A stretch of 64,000 nucleotides of DNA from Planctomycetia bacterium (GTDB lineage Bacteria; Planctomycetota; Planctomycetia; Gemmatales; Gemmataceae): positions 22,984 through 86,983 of the forward strand of contig SYHD01000215.1 in the NCBI GenBank assembly GCA_005799265.1, written 5' to 3'. Of the stretch, positions 1-9,337 are shown in pieces. The position numbers and the translations under genes are program-made. The notes beneath the pieces are model-generated. The model did not search any database, was not told the origin of the DNA, and saw only the letters and a list, made by a program, of their open reading frames with translations. Numbering within the stretch: the stretch's first letter is position 1; each line of letters begins with the position of its first letter.

Positions 1-46
1 AGCAGCCTGACGGCCGCCTCTGCGAGGCGGGGCAAAACGAAGAGGG

Positions 47-1492
47 ATGGACATGAACCACGTTGACACTCCGCAGACTCGCTGTCACGCCGGCGTCGCG
101 CGTTGCGACATCACGCCGCCGGTGGGTATCTATCATCGCATGTGGGGGGCCGCGACACATGACCGCGCCACTGGCGTGCATCGTCCGCTCTTGGCGACGG
201 CGCTCTGGCTGCAGCCGACGGCGGGCGATGCGTCGCAGGCCCAACTCGTGATCGCATTGGATCATTGCGTCATCGACAGCGTCGAGATGACGCGGTTGTG
301 CGAGGCCGTCTGCCAGGCTACTTCGCTACAAGAAAGCCAGGTGCAGATCACGCTCTCGCACACGCATGGTTCCGGCTGGATGTCGCGGGCACGCGCACAC
401 TTCCCCGGCGGCGATCTTATCGGGCCGTACCTCGACGACGTCGCCGGCAAGCTTGCAATACTCGCCGTACAAGCGAAGCAGGCGCTGCAACCGGCGAGCA
501 TCGTCTACGGCCAGGGACGTTGCGATCTCGCAGGCCAGCGCGATTATTGGGACGCGGAGCATCGGCAATTCGTGTGCGGATTCAATCCCGCGGGGGTCGC
601 AGACGATACGGTGACAGTCGCGCGGATCACTGGCGCGGATGGCAAGATCACAGCGACGCTTGTCAACTACGCGTGCCATCCGACGACGCTGGCGTGGGAC
701 AATACCGCGATCAGCCCCGATTACGTCGGCGCCATGCGCGAGGTCGTTGAACAGGCGACTGGCGCCCCGTGTCTTTTTGTGCAAGGCGCTTCGGGCGATC
801 TTGGCCCGCGGGAAGGGTTCGTCGGCGACCCTGCGATTGCGGATCGCAACGGTCGGCAACTCGGCTACGCCGCCTTGAGTGCGCTCGAACCGCTGCCCCC
901 GGCGGGAACGCGCTTCGTCTATGCAGGGCCGGTCGTTTCGGGCACGACCATCGGCACCTGGAAGCATCAAACGCTCGACGCGAACACTCGAACGCAACAG
1001 GAGCGTTGGCAGACGAAACAGTGGTTGGTCGAGTTGCCGTATCGACACGATTTGCCAGCGCTCGAGGAAACGAAAGACGCACATCGCCGTCACCAAGCGG
1101 AGGAAGAGAAAGCGCGGGCCGCCGGCGATGCGCAGAAGGCGCGTGATTGCCGGGCGCTGGTAGAACAGATGAATCGCCGCATTCATCGGCTTTCGTCGCT
1201 TCCGGCGGGCAAAGTTTTTCCTTACCGTGTCAATCTCTGGCGGCTCGGCGATGCGCTGTGGGTGCTCGTGCCGGGTGAATTGTATCAGACGTTTCAGGTG
1301 ACGCTGCGCAAGCGATTTCCGGGCCAGCCGATCATCGTCGCGACGTTGACAGGCGATTGGCAGCCGGGCTATGTGCCAATGGCGTCGAGCTATGGCTATG
1401 GAATCTATCAGGATCTGATCGCGTGCGTTGGCCCGGGATCGCTTGAGGTATTGATCGAAAATCTTGCGCGTGAAATCGGCGCAATGGTTTAG
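47..1492 (+). CDS. Hypothetical hydrolase, neutral/alkaline (non-lysosomal) ceramidase N-terminal-domain-like
   Basis: 481-aa ORF with ATG at 47 preceded by GAAGAGGG. The N-terminus CHAGVARCDITPPVGIYHRMWGAA resembles the start of ceramidase-like hydrolases (recalled similarity, not searched). The stop TAG (1490-1492) lies inside palindrome 1487-1537. Confidence 0.45.
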   Translation: MDMNHVDTPQTRCHAGVARCDITPPVGIYHRMWGAATHDRATGVHRPLLATALWLQPTAGDASQAQLVIALDHCVIDSVEMTRLCEAVCQATSLQESQVQITLSHTHGSGWMSRARAHFPGGDLIGPYLDDVAGKLAILAVQAKQALQPASIVYGQGRCDLAGQRDYWDAEHRQFVCGFNPAGVADDTVTVARITGADGKITATLVNYACHPTTLAWDNTAISPDYVGAMREVVEQATGAPCLFVQGASGDLGPREGFVGDPAIADRNGRQLGYAALSALEPLPPAGTRFVYAGPVVSGTTIGTWKHQTLDANTRTQQERWQTKQWLVELPYRHDLPALEETKDAHRRHQAEEEKARAAGDAQKARDCRALVEQMNRRIHRLSSLPAGKVFPYRVNLWRLGDALWVLVPGELYQTFQVTLRKRFPGQPIIVATLTGDWQPGYVPMASSYGYGIYQDLIACVGPGSLEVLIENLAREIGAMV

Positions 1493-1537
1493 CCACGGGT
1501 CGTAGACCCGGGCGGTTCTGCGAACCGCGGCTAAACG
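1487..1537. repeat. Palindromic repeat, PAL-1 subfamily b (GTTTAGCC...GGCTAAAC)
   Basis: GTTTAGCCACGGGTCGTAGA-cccgggcggt-TCTGCGAACCGCGGCTAAACG: 20-nt arms with 3 mismatches. Same architecture, loop length and arm sequence as 32023-32074. Lies between convergent genes. Confidence 0.9.
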
Positions 1538-3568
1538 TCATTTGGGCAATGTCTGAATGTAGTGCCACAGCGCATCAAACTGTCGCCGCGCGTCGCCGTC
1601 GAAGACCTCGCGGATTTGCGTCATCTTGCCGTCGGTTGCGAACACTGGCATGCGCATGCTCACATCGACGCGGTCGGGCGTCAGCATCCAACGCTGGTAA
1701 TAGTGGTAGCGCAGACGCAGGGCGGCATCGACGAGGTTGATGCCGGGCGCCTCGAACGGAGCGATGGGCGGCGTCTTGCCGATGGCGTGGCAGTTGATGC
1801 AGTTGAATCCGCCTTGCTGTGGAATCAATTTTTCGCCGATGGCCGCGAGCTTGGCGTCGTGTTTGGGGCGTTCGTCTTCTAGGGCCCCGAAACCGTGCTC
1901 ATGCGACATACCGACGGCGAGCATGTCGGCGCGAGCGGGAAACGCGGGCATGCGGGCCTTGATCCACGGGCGGGCACGCTGATCGTGCTCTCCCGCGAGC
2001 ATCTTTTTTGTCCAGCCCGGCTGCAACTTCTCGCCAATCCAGGTCAAGCTCGGCAGCTTCTCCGGCTCCTTGCCTTCGTCTTCGAGCACGGCGTGCCAGC
2101 GCGTACTCTCGCCGTCGCGCCGATGGCACGAGTTGCACTGCAGCGTGTTGACTTGACGCAGGGAAAATTCGGCGGGCGTTTCGCGAGTAAGCGATATACC
2201 GTCGGTCTTCAAGAACGCCAGGAGAGCATTGCGTTGATCGGCATGTAAGCCAAAATCGGGGCCCTTGCCGTGATCCTTTGGCGCCAGGCAGCCCTTGTTC
2301 AGCGCTCGTAGGCGCTCCAATTGATAAAGCGCCGTTTGTTTGTCGGGACGAGTCGTGTGGCAACGGGCGCAGCCCGTCTTTTCAAACAATATTTCGCCAC
2401 GGGCCGCGTCGCCTTTGGGGCGTGCGGGGAGGACGCCCTTGGATTGATCGCGCAGGTGAGCTTCCAGTTGGGCGGCCTCGGCATCGGACAGCTTGAAATC
2501 GGGCATGCGCGTCCAGGCGTGGCGCCGGTGCGGTAACTTCAAGTAATGCCCCAGGGCATCAGGGGCGTATTTCGCCGCCGTGAAGAAATGCGACAGTCGG
2601 CCCAGCTCGTCTTTTTTCTGGGGATCATCCGGCCGATGGCACGTGTTGCAACCAAGTCTTTTGGCGAGGGCTCTACCGTCGGCAGCCTTGGGATTCGGAA
2701 CCGTCGCCGGGAGGGCATCGCCCGATTTCAGGGAAACGAGAAAGGCGGCGATGTCGGCAGCCTGCTTCTCGGCTTCCGGGCCGGACAGCACGCTGGGCAT
2801 GGTCGCTTCGGGACGCAAAGCACGCGGATTTAGGATCCAGGCGACCAGCCAATCGTACTGGAAACGCCGGCCAGCATTGTCCAGGTGAGGCGCGTGGCTT
2901 GTGCATTCAGGAATCGTCGGCACGATGGATTTTTCCGGGCCTTGAAACGTATGGCACTTCGCGCAGTGCAGATTGGCGAACAGGTTCCGCCCCTCGCGCA
3001 CCGCCGACTTCTCGACGAGATCGGCATCGTCATGGCGGGAATACAGCACGTCCGGTGGGACCGGCTCGAAATCGAATTTTTCTCCCGCCCAGTAGAGGCG
3101 CACGGTCGCATCCCCCTTCGCGGAGCTCATGCACGCGATTTCGATCTTGTTGTAGTTCTTCGTAAGCTCAATCTCGACGCTCTTATCCGTATCCGCCGGC
3201 AAGGTCAGGATCGTCTTGTCGTTGACCTTGAGCGTGATCGCGCCGGTGCCGACGAGCTTGAACGAGTAATCTCCCTTGAGGGGGTTCTTGAGGTAACCCG
3301 TCAACTTCGCGTGAAACGGCCCCGGCGCGATAAACGGCGTCGGCGGCGAATCGGCGGGCACGTGTAGCGCGGCCAGACGCACACGCCGGGCGTCGAGCGG
3401 CGTCTTGTTGTCTGGCTTGGCGTAGAATCGCAGCGTCAGCCCCGGCGCGAGAGCGGCGACCTCGGCGGGCGGCAGCTTGCCGGGCTTGAAGGGCTCACCG
3501 GGTTGGGACGACGGCGCGGCGGAACAGAGAGCGAGTGCAACAAGGACAGAGGCAAATGGACGGACCAT
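1538..3568 (-). CDS. Secreted multi-haem c-type cytochrome with PA14-like domain
   Basis: 676-aa ORF with signal-like N-terminus MVRPFASVLVALALCSA. Five CxxCH motifs (CAKCH, CNTCH, CARCH, CNSCH, CINCH). PA14-like segment GDYSFKLVGTGAITLKVNDKTIL. Its C-terminal part aligns by eye with 37574-40318. Confidence 0.75.
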   Translation of the reverse strand: MVRPFASVLVALALCSAAPSSQPGEPFKPGKLPPAEVAALAPGLTLRFYAKPDNKTPLDARRVRLAALHVPADSPPTPFIAPGPFHAKLTGYLKNPLKGDYSFKLVGTGAITLKVNDKTILTLPADTDKSVEIELTKNYNKIEIACMSSAKGDATVRLYWAGEKFDFEPVPPDVLYSRHDDADLVEKSAVREGRNLFANLHCAKCHTFQGPEKSIVPTIPECTSHAPHLDNAGRRFQYDWLVAWILNPRALRPEATMPSVLSGPEAEKQAADIAAFLVSLKSGDALPATVPNPKAADGRALAKRLGCNTCHRPDDPQKKDELGRLSHFFTAAKYAPDALGHYLKLPHRRHAWTRMPDFKLSDAEAAQLEAHLRDQSKGVLPARPKGDAARGEILFEKTGCARCHTTRPDKQTALYQLERLRALNKGCLAPKDHGKGPDFGLHADQRNALLAFLKTDGISLTRETPAEFSLRQVNTLQCNSCHRRDGESTRWHAVLEDEGKEPEKLPSLTWIGEKLQPGWTKKMLAGEHDQRARPWIKARMPAFPARADMLAVGMSHEHGFGALEDERPKHDAKLAAIGEKLIPQQGGFNCINCHAIGKTPPIAPFEAPGINLVDAALRLRYHYYQRWMLTPDRVDVSMRMPVFATDGKMTQIREVFDGDARRQFDALWHYIQTLPK

Positions 3569-3572
3569 GAAA

Positions 3573-3947
3573 TTACTTCTTTTCCTTCGAGTCTTCCTTC
3601 GCAGCGCCGCCTTTCTTGAGCACTTTGAAGGACGTGATGGCCGGGCCGTGATTGGTGCCGACCCATGCCAGCTCGACCCGTTCGCCGACCTTGGCGGCGC
3701 GCACGGCGGCCAAAATCGACGGAACCGGCCCCTTGATCTTGGCGTCGTACATCACGTGGTAGGAACGGGCTTTTTCCTCGCCAGGCGCCAGGACTTCGAT
3801 CATCGTGTTCCTGCCGTCTTTCGTGGCCTTGTGCGCTTTCACCTCGCCGATGACGGTGCCGGACGTCTTTGGTTCCTGGGCGCTGGTGGCGCCGAAAAGA
3901 ACCATCAGGCCGAAGAGCAGGGTGATGCCGATTACTCTTGTGAACAT
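3573..3947 (-). CDS. Small secreted hypothetical protein
   Basis: 124-aa ORF ending 4 nt before the start of the cytochrome gene on the same strand. Signal peptide MFTRVIGITLLFGLMVLFGATSAQE. No family recognised. Confidence 0.6.
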   Translation of the reverse strand: MFTRVIGITLLFGLMVLFGATSAQEPKTSGTVIGEVKAHKATKDGRNTMIEVLAPGEEKARSYHVMYDAKIKGPVPSILAAVRAAKVGERVELAWVGTNHGPAITSFKVLKKGGAAKEDSKEKK

Positions 3948-3978
3948 GGGATTCTCCTAATCTACATAAGAAAGCCAT

Positions 3979-4044
3979 GGGCCGTTTAGCGCTCGAATTG
4001 AAGCGCCGGCGATCTGGCGCTTCAATTCGAGCGCTAAACGGCCC
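3979..4044. repeat. Palindromic repeat, PAL-1 subfamily c (perfect 29-bp arms)
   Basis: GGGCCGTTTAGCGCTCGAATTGAAGCGCC (3979-4007) is the exact reverse complement of 4016-4044, with an 8-nt loop. Lies in the intergenic gap between two co-directional minus-strand genes. Confidence 0.95.
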
Positions 4045-4053
4045 GTGGCGGAA

Positions 4054-6405
4054 TTACTTGGACTGTACGACACGATACTCGCCGACGTGGACTTCGCCGC
4101 GCTGGTTGCCGACGACGTTGATCGTGTTCCAGATTGCACTCTTGACTGCGGCGCCATCTGCGGCTTTGAGGTTGTACTGGATCTTCATCTGCATCACGGG
4201 GCGGAGCTTGGCGATGCTAAGCGTGACCGTTTTGCCGTCCGGCGACAGCGTTGCGCCTTCCACCTCCACGGGGTCGTGGCCTTGCTTCTTCGGATCGGAG
4301 ACCTTGATTTGCGGCGAGCCGTAGTTCTCGGTCCAGCGGTAGTTCCATTGCTCGATGTTGAAGTTGTCGGCGTCGCCGGCGGACTTCCGATCGAGGGGAT
4401 CGCTGAAGGTGATCGCGAGTTGGCCGGGCGTGACCTTGAGATCGACGGGGAGATTGGCCTTCTTGCCGGTGTAGCGGACGCGATAGAAGCCGGCGTCCTT
4501 TTGGGCCGTGGTCTGCCAGCCGCGCAGGCCGGTGATGAAGAGAGCATTGGCCTTGTCGTTGAAGCGCAGGCGACTGATGCCGCTGTCAAACGTCGGCAAA
4601 ATCGGCGTGACACCTCCCTGCATCTGGCCGGTGACTTCTTCCTTTAGCACGTTGTAGAGGCGGCACTTGCCATAGGAGGCATGTAAGAGTTGGCCGGAGA
4701 GGGGGCCGAAGTTCTTGCCGGTGATCCAGACCTGGCTGCCGTTGGAGTTATCGACTTCGTTGTGCGGCAGCCAGCAGAGGGGGTTCTCGCGGATCTTCGG
4801 TTTCTCCTTCGAGGGGACGAAATCGGGAACGCCGTAAAAGCCGCCGGGCTTGATCCAGTTGATCGGGCAGGTCGGCGTCCAGGTGCCTTCGTTGTCGCCG
4901 GTGGTGATTTCGCCATTGGGGCCGACGCCCATGCCGTTGGGAGCGCGGAAGCCGCGTGCGACGACTTCGAGCTTCGAGCCGTCCTTCGAGACCTTGAACA
5001 CGCAGCCGTGGTGAGGCGTCACCTTGTCCCAGCCGCGGCCACCGGGTCTCACTGGCCCGCCTTTGATGAAGTAAAAGTTTCCTTCCGGATCGGTGTGCAG
5101 ATCGAAGGTGAACTCGTGGAAGTTGGTCGTGATCATCGCCTCGTTGTTGAAGCACTCGTAAAAGTCGGCCTCGCCATCGCCGTTGAGATCGTGAAGGCGC
5201 GTGATCTGATCGCGGCCAAGGACGTAGACCTGGTCATCGACGATTTTCAGGCCGAGCGCGTGAAACAATCCCGCGGCGTATCTCTTCCAGGTGAGCTTTT
5301 CGAGCTTGTCGTCGATGCCGGAGACGACCCAGACATCGCCTGACCAGGTGGAAATCGCGGCCCGACCATCAGCGAAGAAGTCGATGCCGCCGAAGCGCAG
5401 CCACGACTTGTACGAGTTCTTGAAGGGAGGCGTGAGCGAATCGACGGCATAGGCGCCCTTGTCGTCGCCGAGCTTGCCTTGGGTGGTGACGGTTTCGGTG
5501 AAGCGAGCCTTTGCTTCTTTCGTGAGCGGGGTGAGGTCGTCCGGCTTGCCGATCTTTTCGATGGCGATGGCGCCGAGCTCCGAATCCTTCTTCGCACCTC
5601 CCCAGACCCCAACGCGAATCTGCACCGGCTCAGCATTGGCAGGAACCTCGAGCACGATTCGCATTCCTTTAGCGAACGCCGTCCCCGCCGATCCGCCGAT
5701 GACCTTGGCGACGATTGCGTCCTGATCGTTCTGCAGCATCATCATGGACCCAGCATCGGCCTCCGTATTCGCCTTGGGCAAATCGGCGACCAACAAGAAA
5801 CGAGGCTCCTTCGAGGGCGACAGGTTGATCGTGCGGACCAGCACACGCTGTTTGTTGTGTACCGCCACGCTCGGCATGTCGAGTACCTGAGTATCGCCAA
5901 TCGTGTAGGAGAAGATGACGCCCTTATCCGTGCGATGAAGCCCCTTGTATCGGCCGATTTGACGTGCCATCGGTCCATGCGGATAATCGCGCGGATCGAC
6001 GAGCTTGGCTTGCCCAGTCGCTACACCTGTGGTCATGTTGGTCGCGAAGAGCAGCTTGCCCGCCGGCCCCGGGTTGCCGCCGTGGCTGCCGTTGAAGACG
6101 ACGCCGTTCCAGGTGATGAAGCCGCCGCTCCAGAAGCCGGAGTAACGCAACAACTCGGTGTCGAAGATGACGCCGCACTTGGCGGGGTTGTTCGGCAGTT
6201 TGCCTTTGCCGGCGGGCGGTGTGACGACATCACCGTCGATCGGCGCGTCGAACGCCACCGCGATGCCGCGTAGCGTCGTGTTGCCGTTGGGGAGCTGGAA
6301 GGTGTGCGAGAGGAAAGGCCCGTAGTCCATCTCGTCATAAGGGGCGGCAGACAATGAGGCGGCGACAGGCAGCGCAAGCAGCACGGCGGCAATGAGACGT
6401 TTCAT
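4054..6405 (-). CDS. Secreted beta-propeller protein (soluble glucose/sorbosone dehydrogenase-like) with C-terminal Ig-like domain
   Basis: 783-aa ORF with signal peptide MKRLIAAVLLALPVAASLSAAP. Propeller-type segments GFRAPNGMGVGPNGEITTGDNEGTW. The C-terminal ~110 aa (ITFSDPLDRKSAGDADNFNIEQWNYRWTENYGSPQ) parallels the C-terminus of 35930-37441. Confidence 0.6.
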   Translation of the reverse strand: MKRLIAAVLLALPVAASLSAAPYDEMDYGPFLSHTFQLPNGNTTLRGIAVAFDAPIDGDVVTPPAGKGKLPNNPAKCGVIFDTELLRYSGFWSGGFITWNGVVFNGSHGGNPGPAGKLLFATNMTTGVATGQAKLVDPRDYPHGPMARQIGRYKGLHRTDKGVIFSYTIGDTQVLDMPSVAVHNKQRVLVRTINLSPSKEPRFLLVADLPKANTEADAGSMMMLQNDQDAIVAKVIGGSAGTAFAKGMRIVLEVPANAEPVQIRVGVWGGAKKDSELGAIAIEKIGKPDDLTPLTKEAKARFTETVTTQGKLGDDKGAYAVDSLTPPFKNSYKSWLRFGGIDFFADGRAAISTWSGDVWVVSGIDDKLEKLTWKRYAAGLFHALGLKIVDDQVYVLGRDQITRLHDLNGDGEADFYECFNNEAMITTNFHEFTFDLHTDPEGNFYFIKGGPVRPGGRGWDKVTPHHGCVFKVSKDGSKLEVVARGFRAPNGMGVGPNGEITTGDNEGTWTPTCPINWIKPGGFYGVPDFVPSKEKPKIRENPLCWLPHNEVDNSNGSQVWITGKNFGPLSGQLLHASYGKCRLYNVLKEEVTGQMQGGVTPILPTFDSGISRLRFNDKANALFITGLRGWQTTAQKDAGFYRVRYTGKKANLPVDLKVTPGQLAITFSDPLDRKSAGDADNFNIEQWNYRWTENYGSPQIKVSDPKKQGHDPVEVEGATLSPDGKTVTLSIAKLRPVMQMKIQYNLKAADGAAVKSAIWNTINVVGNQRGEVHVGEYRVVQSK

Positions 6406-6711
6406 CGGATAGCGACCTCGTGAAGGTGAAAAGCGTTTGGCGGGGCAGGGCTATTGTCCGCCGCGAGGCCGCTTTCGTCCAGTCCACAAACATGAGCGGT
6501 ACGCCGAGCCGCGTGAACGGCCGGTCAGCTACGCACACATGCAACCGCACCGCGAAGTTAATCGCCTTCGATCGCGGCGTCAAGTCTGGGCAGATCAGCA
6601 TGCACCGGTTCCGGCCTTGAGGCGACGAGCAGTTGGAGAGATACCCGTAGCCGATGCGACATGGAGCGTCGTACCACATTGTGGCACGCCGCGCCGCGTT
6701 GTGAATGGTAC

Positions 6712-7968
6712 CTATTTTTCGCCGGGTGGCACACCGCGCGCGAACGCCCAGTTGGCGGGTTCGTAGCGGATGTTTAGCTCTGGCGTTTTGATGACGCGGT
6801 TGTTGTCCGCGGCGCTGTGCATGAGGGCGTCGAGCATGCCCGTCGTGAGCAAGGTGCGCTCGACCGGATACGCCGGTTTGCCGGTGTGGATGGTGTGCTC
6901 GATGGCGCGCAGGAGATGGGCGAAGTGGCCGTACGGGACGCCGTTTTGCAAACGAAACCAGGTTGTCGACGGACGGGCTTCGCCCTTGATCTGGCCCGCG
7001 AACGCGAATTGCGCCGCCAGGCCGGTGCTCATGGCGACCGCGGCCCGGAGCCCGTCCCGATACTCGATCAAGAAAAACGTGGCGTTCTTGGCGAACTCCT
7101 TCGGTCGACCCTTGGGAGGCATCGGCGTCGTGGCGGCCGCGGCGTCAAGCAATTCGCGCGACCAGCGCCGTTCCTTCAACGCGGCGGCGATTGCCTCGCC
7201 GGTTACCGCCTGCACGCTGGCCACGCCGGTCTCGCCGCCTCGGCGCCGTTCCACCATGCACTGCAAGGTTTCCAGGGCGTGAAAGCCGTACGATTCCAGG
7301 CCGCCATAGCCCAGCGCCAACGCGCCGGTCAATTCGCAGCGCATCGGCAGGTTTAGCTCCGGCGTGCGCCAGGCGACAGGCAGTGACGAGCCGGCCAGGA
7401 ACGGGATATTCATCTCACGAGCGGTATCGACCATGTGCCGGGCGTCGCGCCAGGCGTAGGACAGGTGCTTGTCGTTGAAGAGCGGCAAAACGCGTTTATG
7501 TTTGCGGAACACGTCGACGATGGCGTCGAAGAAACGCCGGCGCGGATACATGTGCTGGCGCGTGTCCTTGGTGTAGGGATAGTTGCCGTGTTCGCCGATG
7601 CTCAAGACGCCGGCCACCGCGATTTTGCCGCCGCCGAGCGTGATGGCTTCTTCGATCGTGCGGGCGATACGGAAGTTGTGCTTCTTCGCGAGATCCCGGC
7701 TGAGATCATTCTTGGGGACCTGATCGGTGTAGAGGGTCGCGAGTCGCAGGGCGGGACCCGCGCCGCCGTCTTGATTGAAGCCTTCGAGGATCTTGCCGAC
7801 GATCACGTCGGCGTGCGAATTGCGGCGGTACTCCGTGACGATGGCGGCGACCGGCAAGCGTTCGCGTTTGTCGGGTTGACCGGCGCCCAGCAACGCGCCG
7901 CCCGAAGCGCTCGCCAACACGGCGCCTGTGTGCAAGCCGAATTCTCGCCGGGTGATGACATTGGCCAT
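6712..7968 (-). CDS. Tat-signal hypothetical protein
   Basis: ATG at 7968 is 6 nt after GGAG; GTG at 7983 is the ORF-track alternative. Twin-arginine-like ITRREFGLHTGAVLASASGGALLGAG. Family not recognised. Confidence 0.6.
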   Translation of the reverse strand: MANVITRREFGLHTGAVLASASGGALLGAGQPDKRERLPVAAIVTEYRRNSHADVIVGKILEGFNQDGGAGPALRLATLYTDQVPKNDLSRDLAKKHNFRIARTIEEAITLGGGKIAVAGVLSIGEHGNYPYTKDTRQHMYPRRRFFDAIVDVFRKHKRVLPLFNDKHLSYAWRDARHMVDTAREMNIPFLAGSSLPVAWRTPELNLPMRCELTGALALGYGGLESYGFHALETLQCMVERRRGGETGVASVQAVTGEAIAAALKERRWSRELLDAAAATTPMPPKGRPKEFAKNATFFLIEYRDGLRAAVAMSTGLAAQFAFAGQIKGEARPSTTWFRLQNGVPYGHFAHLLRAIEHTIHTGKPAYPVERTLLTTGMLDALMHSAADNNRVIKTPELNIRYEPANWAFARGVPPGEK

Positions 7969-8275
7969 TGGTACTCCGATCACGATCGAGGAATGGGGAT
8001 TTCTTATGGAGTTTTCATTCCCAACGAAAGTAACTTTCTCCGTTCTCGCGAGCGTCTCCGCACAAACGGGACATCGATTCGAGCGTACCCGCCGCGCCCG
8101 TGCAACTGGAATTCACGGAACATTCGGAACGATCGATACGATCGATCGTGAATCAACCGTCAAAATAGAAATGATGGTAAGAATGAGCAAATCAGGATTG
8201 GACGGCATGGATTCCGTGTGTTAGCTTTTTTCACCCGCGCAGGTATTCGTCAAACTCCTTTAAGGAGGGAGTCCC

Positions 8276-9130
8276 GTGAAGAATCTTGTCGCGTCTGTTT
8301 TTCTGCTTGGATTCACTGGTTTCTTGAGCAACTCGGCTTTGGCGCAATTCCCTGCTCCAACCGCTCCGAAGCCTTTGTATCCCGCGCCAGGCGCTCCGGT
8401 CCCCAAACCCGTTTACCCGGCCCCAGGCGCCCCGGCTCCATACGGCCAAGCTCCAATCGTGCCGCATTGTGGTCCGGTCTATGTTGACCAGAAAATCATC
8501 GTCTACAAGCCGGTTTACAAGACCAAGACGGTTCCCATCGATGTGAAACGTCTGGTGCCGAAGATCATTGAGGAACCGTGCAGGTTCATCGAAATGGTGT
8601 CCGTGATGACGCCCGAGAAGCGCATTGAGAAGTACTACGTGTGCGTCGCCAAGGACGTGCCTTTCACTTACAAGGTGTGCGTGCCGACCGTGCACCAGGA
8701 GAAGCGCACGGTTGGCTACATGGACTGCGTGCAAAGGGAAGTGACGATTCGGGTTCCCGTGTGCCGCCCCATCTACGTGCAAGTGTATGACCCTTGCACC
8801 TGTTGCGTTCAGACGGTTTGCAAGTACATCACGGAATTCAAGGAAGTGCGTTGCCCGGTCACGGTCTATGTGCCGAAGACCAAGGACGTGACCGTGAACG
8901 TGCCTTCGATCCGCATCGAGGATCGCCTGGGCACGATGAAGGTCCTGGAAATAGTGCCGCAATCCCGCGAAGTCATCGTCAACGTCGTGAGCTGCGTGCC
9001 TATCGAAAAGGCTGGCGTGACGCGCCGCCTCGTTCATGAAACCGTGATCGACCGGCTCCATTGCGTACAAACGTATTGCGAAATGGTTCCGTACGAAATG
9101 TGCATACGTGTCCCGGTCTGCTGCAAATAA
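8276..9130 (+). CDS. Secreted Pro-rich / Cys-rich repeat protein
   Basis: GTG start just after AAGGAGGG. Signal peptide MKNLVASVFLLGFTGFLSNSALA. A PxP tract is followed by V/P/K/C-rich segments (VPVCRPIYVQVYDPCTCCVQTVCKY). The antisense 399-aa ORF is rejected. Confidence 0.7.
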   Translation: MKNLVASVFLLGFTGFLSNSALAQFPAPTAPKPLYPAPGAPVPKPVYPAPGAPAPYGQAPIVPHCGPVYVDQKIIVYKPVYKTKTVPIDVKRLVPKIIEEPCRFIEMVSVMTPEKRIEKYYVCVAKDVPFTYKVCVPTVHQEKRTVGYMDCVQREVTIRVPVCRPIYVQVYDPCTCCVQTVCKYITEFKEVRCPVTVYVPKTKDVTVNVPSIRIEDRLGTMKVLEIVPQSREVIVNVVSCVPIEKAGVTRRLVHETVIDRLHCVQTYCEMVPYEMCIRVPVCCK

Positions 9131-9147
9131 CGCCTTCTCTCTCGTGT

Positions 9148-9255
9148 AACCGCGAAACACCCAAATAACACGAAAAAGGGCCCTCCGGAAAGGAAATCCG
9201 CACCGCCTTCTTTTTCGTGTTATTCGGGTGTTTCGTGGTTGTCTGCGTTTTTTTT
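9148..9255 (+). terminator. Very long AT-rich hairpin followed by T8 (candidate intrinsic terminator or solitary palindromic element)
   Basis: Arm 9148-9178 AACCGCGAAACACCCAAATAACACGAAAAAG pairs with 9210-9240 (31 nt, one G.T and one A.C). The loop is 31 nt. TTTTTTTT at 9248-9255. Lies 18 nt after the stop of 8276-9130. Confidence 0.5.
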
Positions 9256-9337
9256 GGCGAAATTCCTCTGGACACTTCGAGCGATCCGTGGCATAAGGCT
9301 CGCCTGAATTCCGCACATATCGCAGTAAACGCATGCA

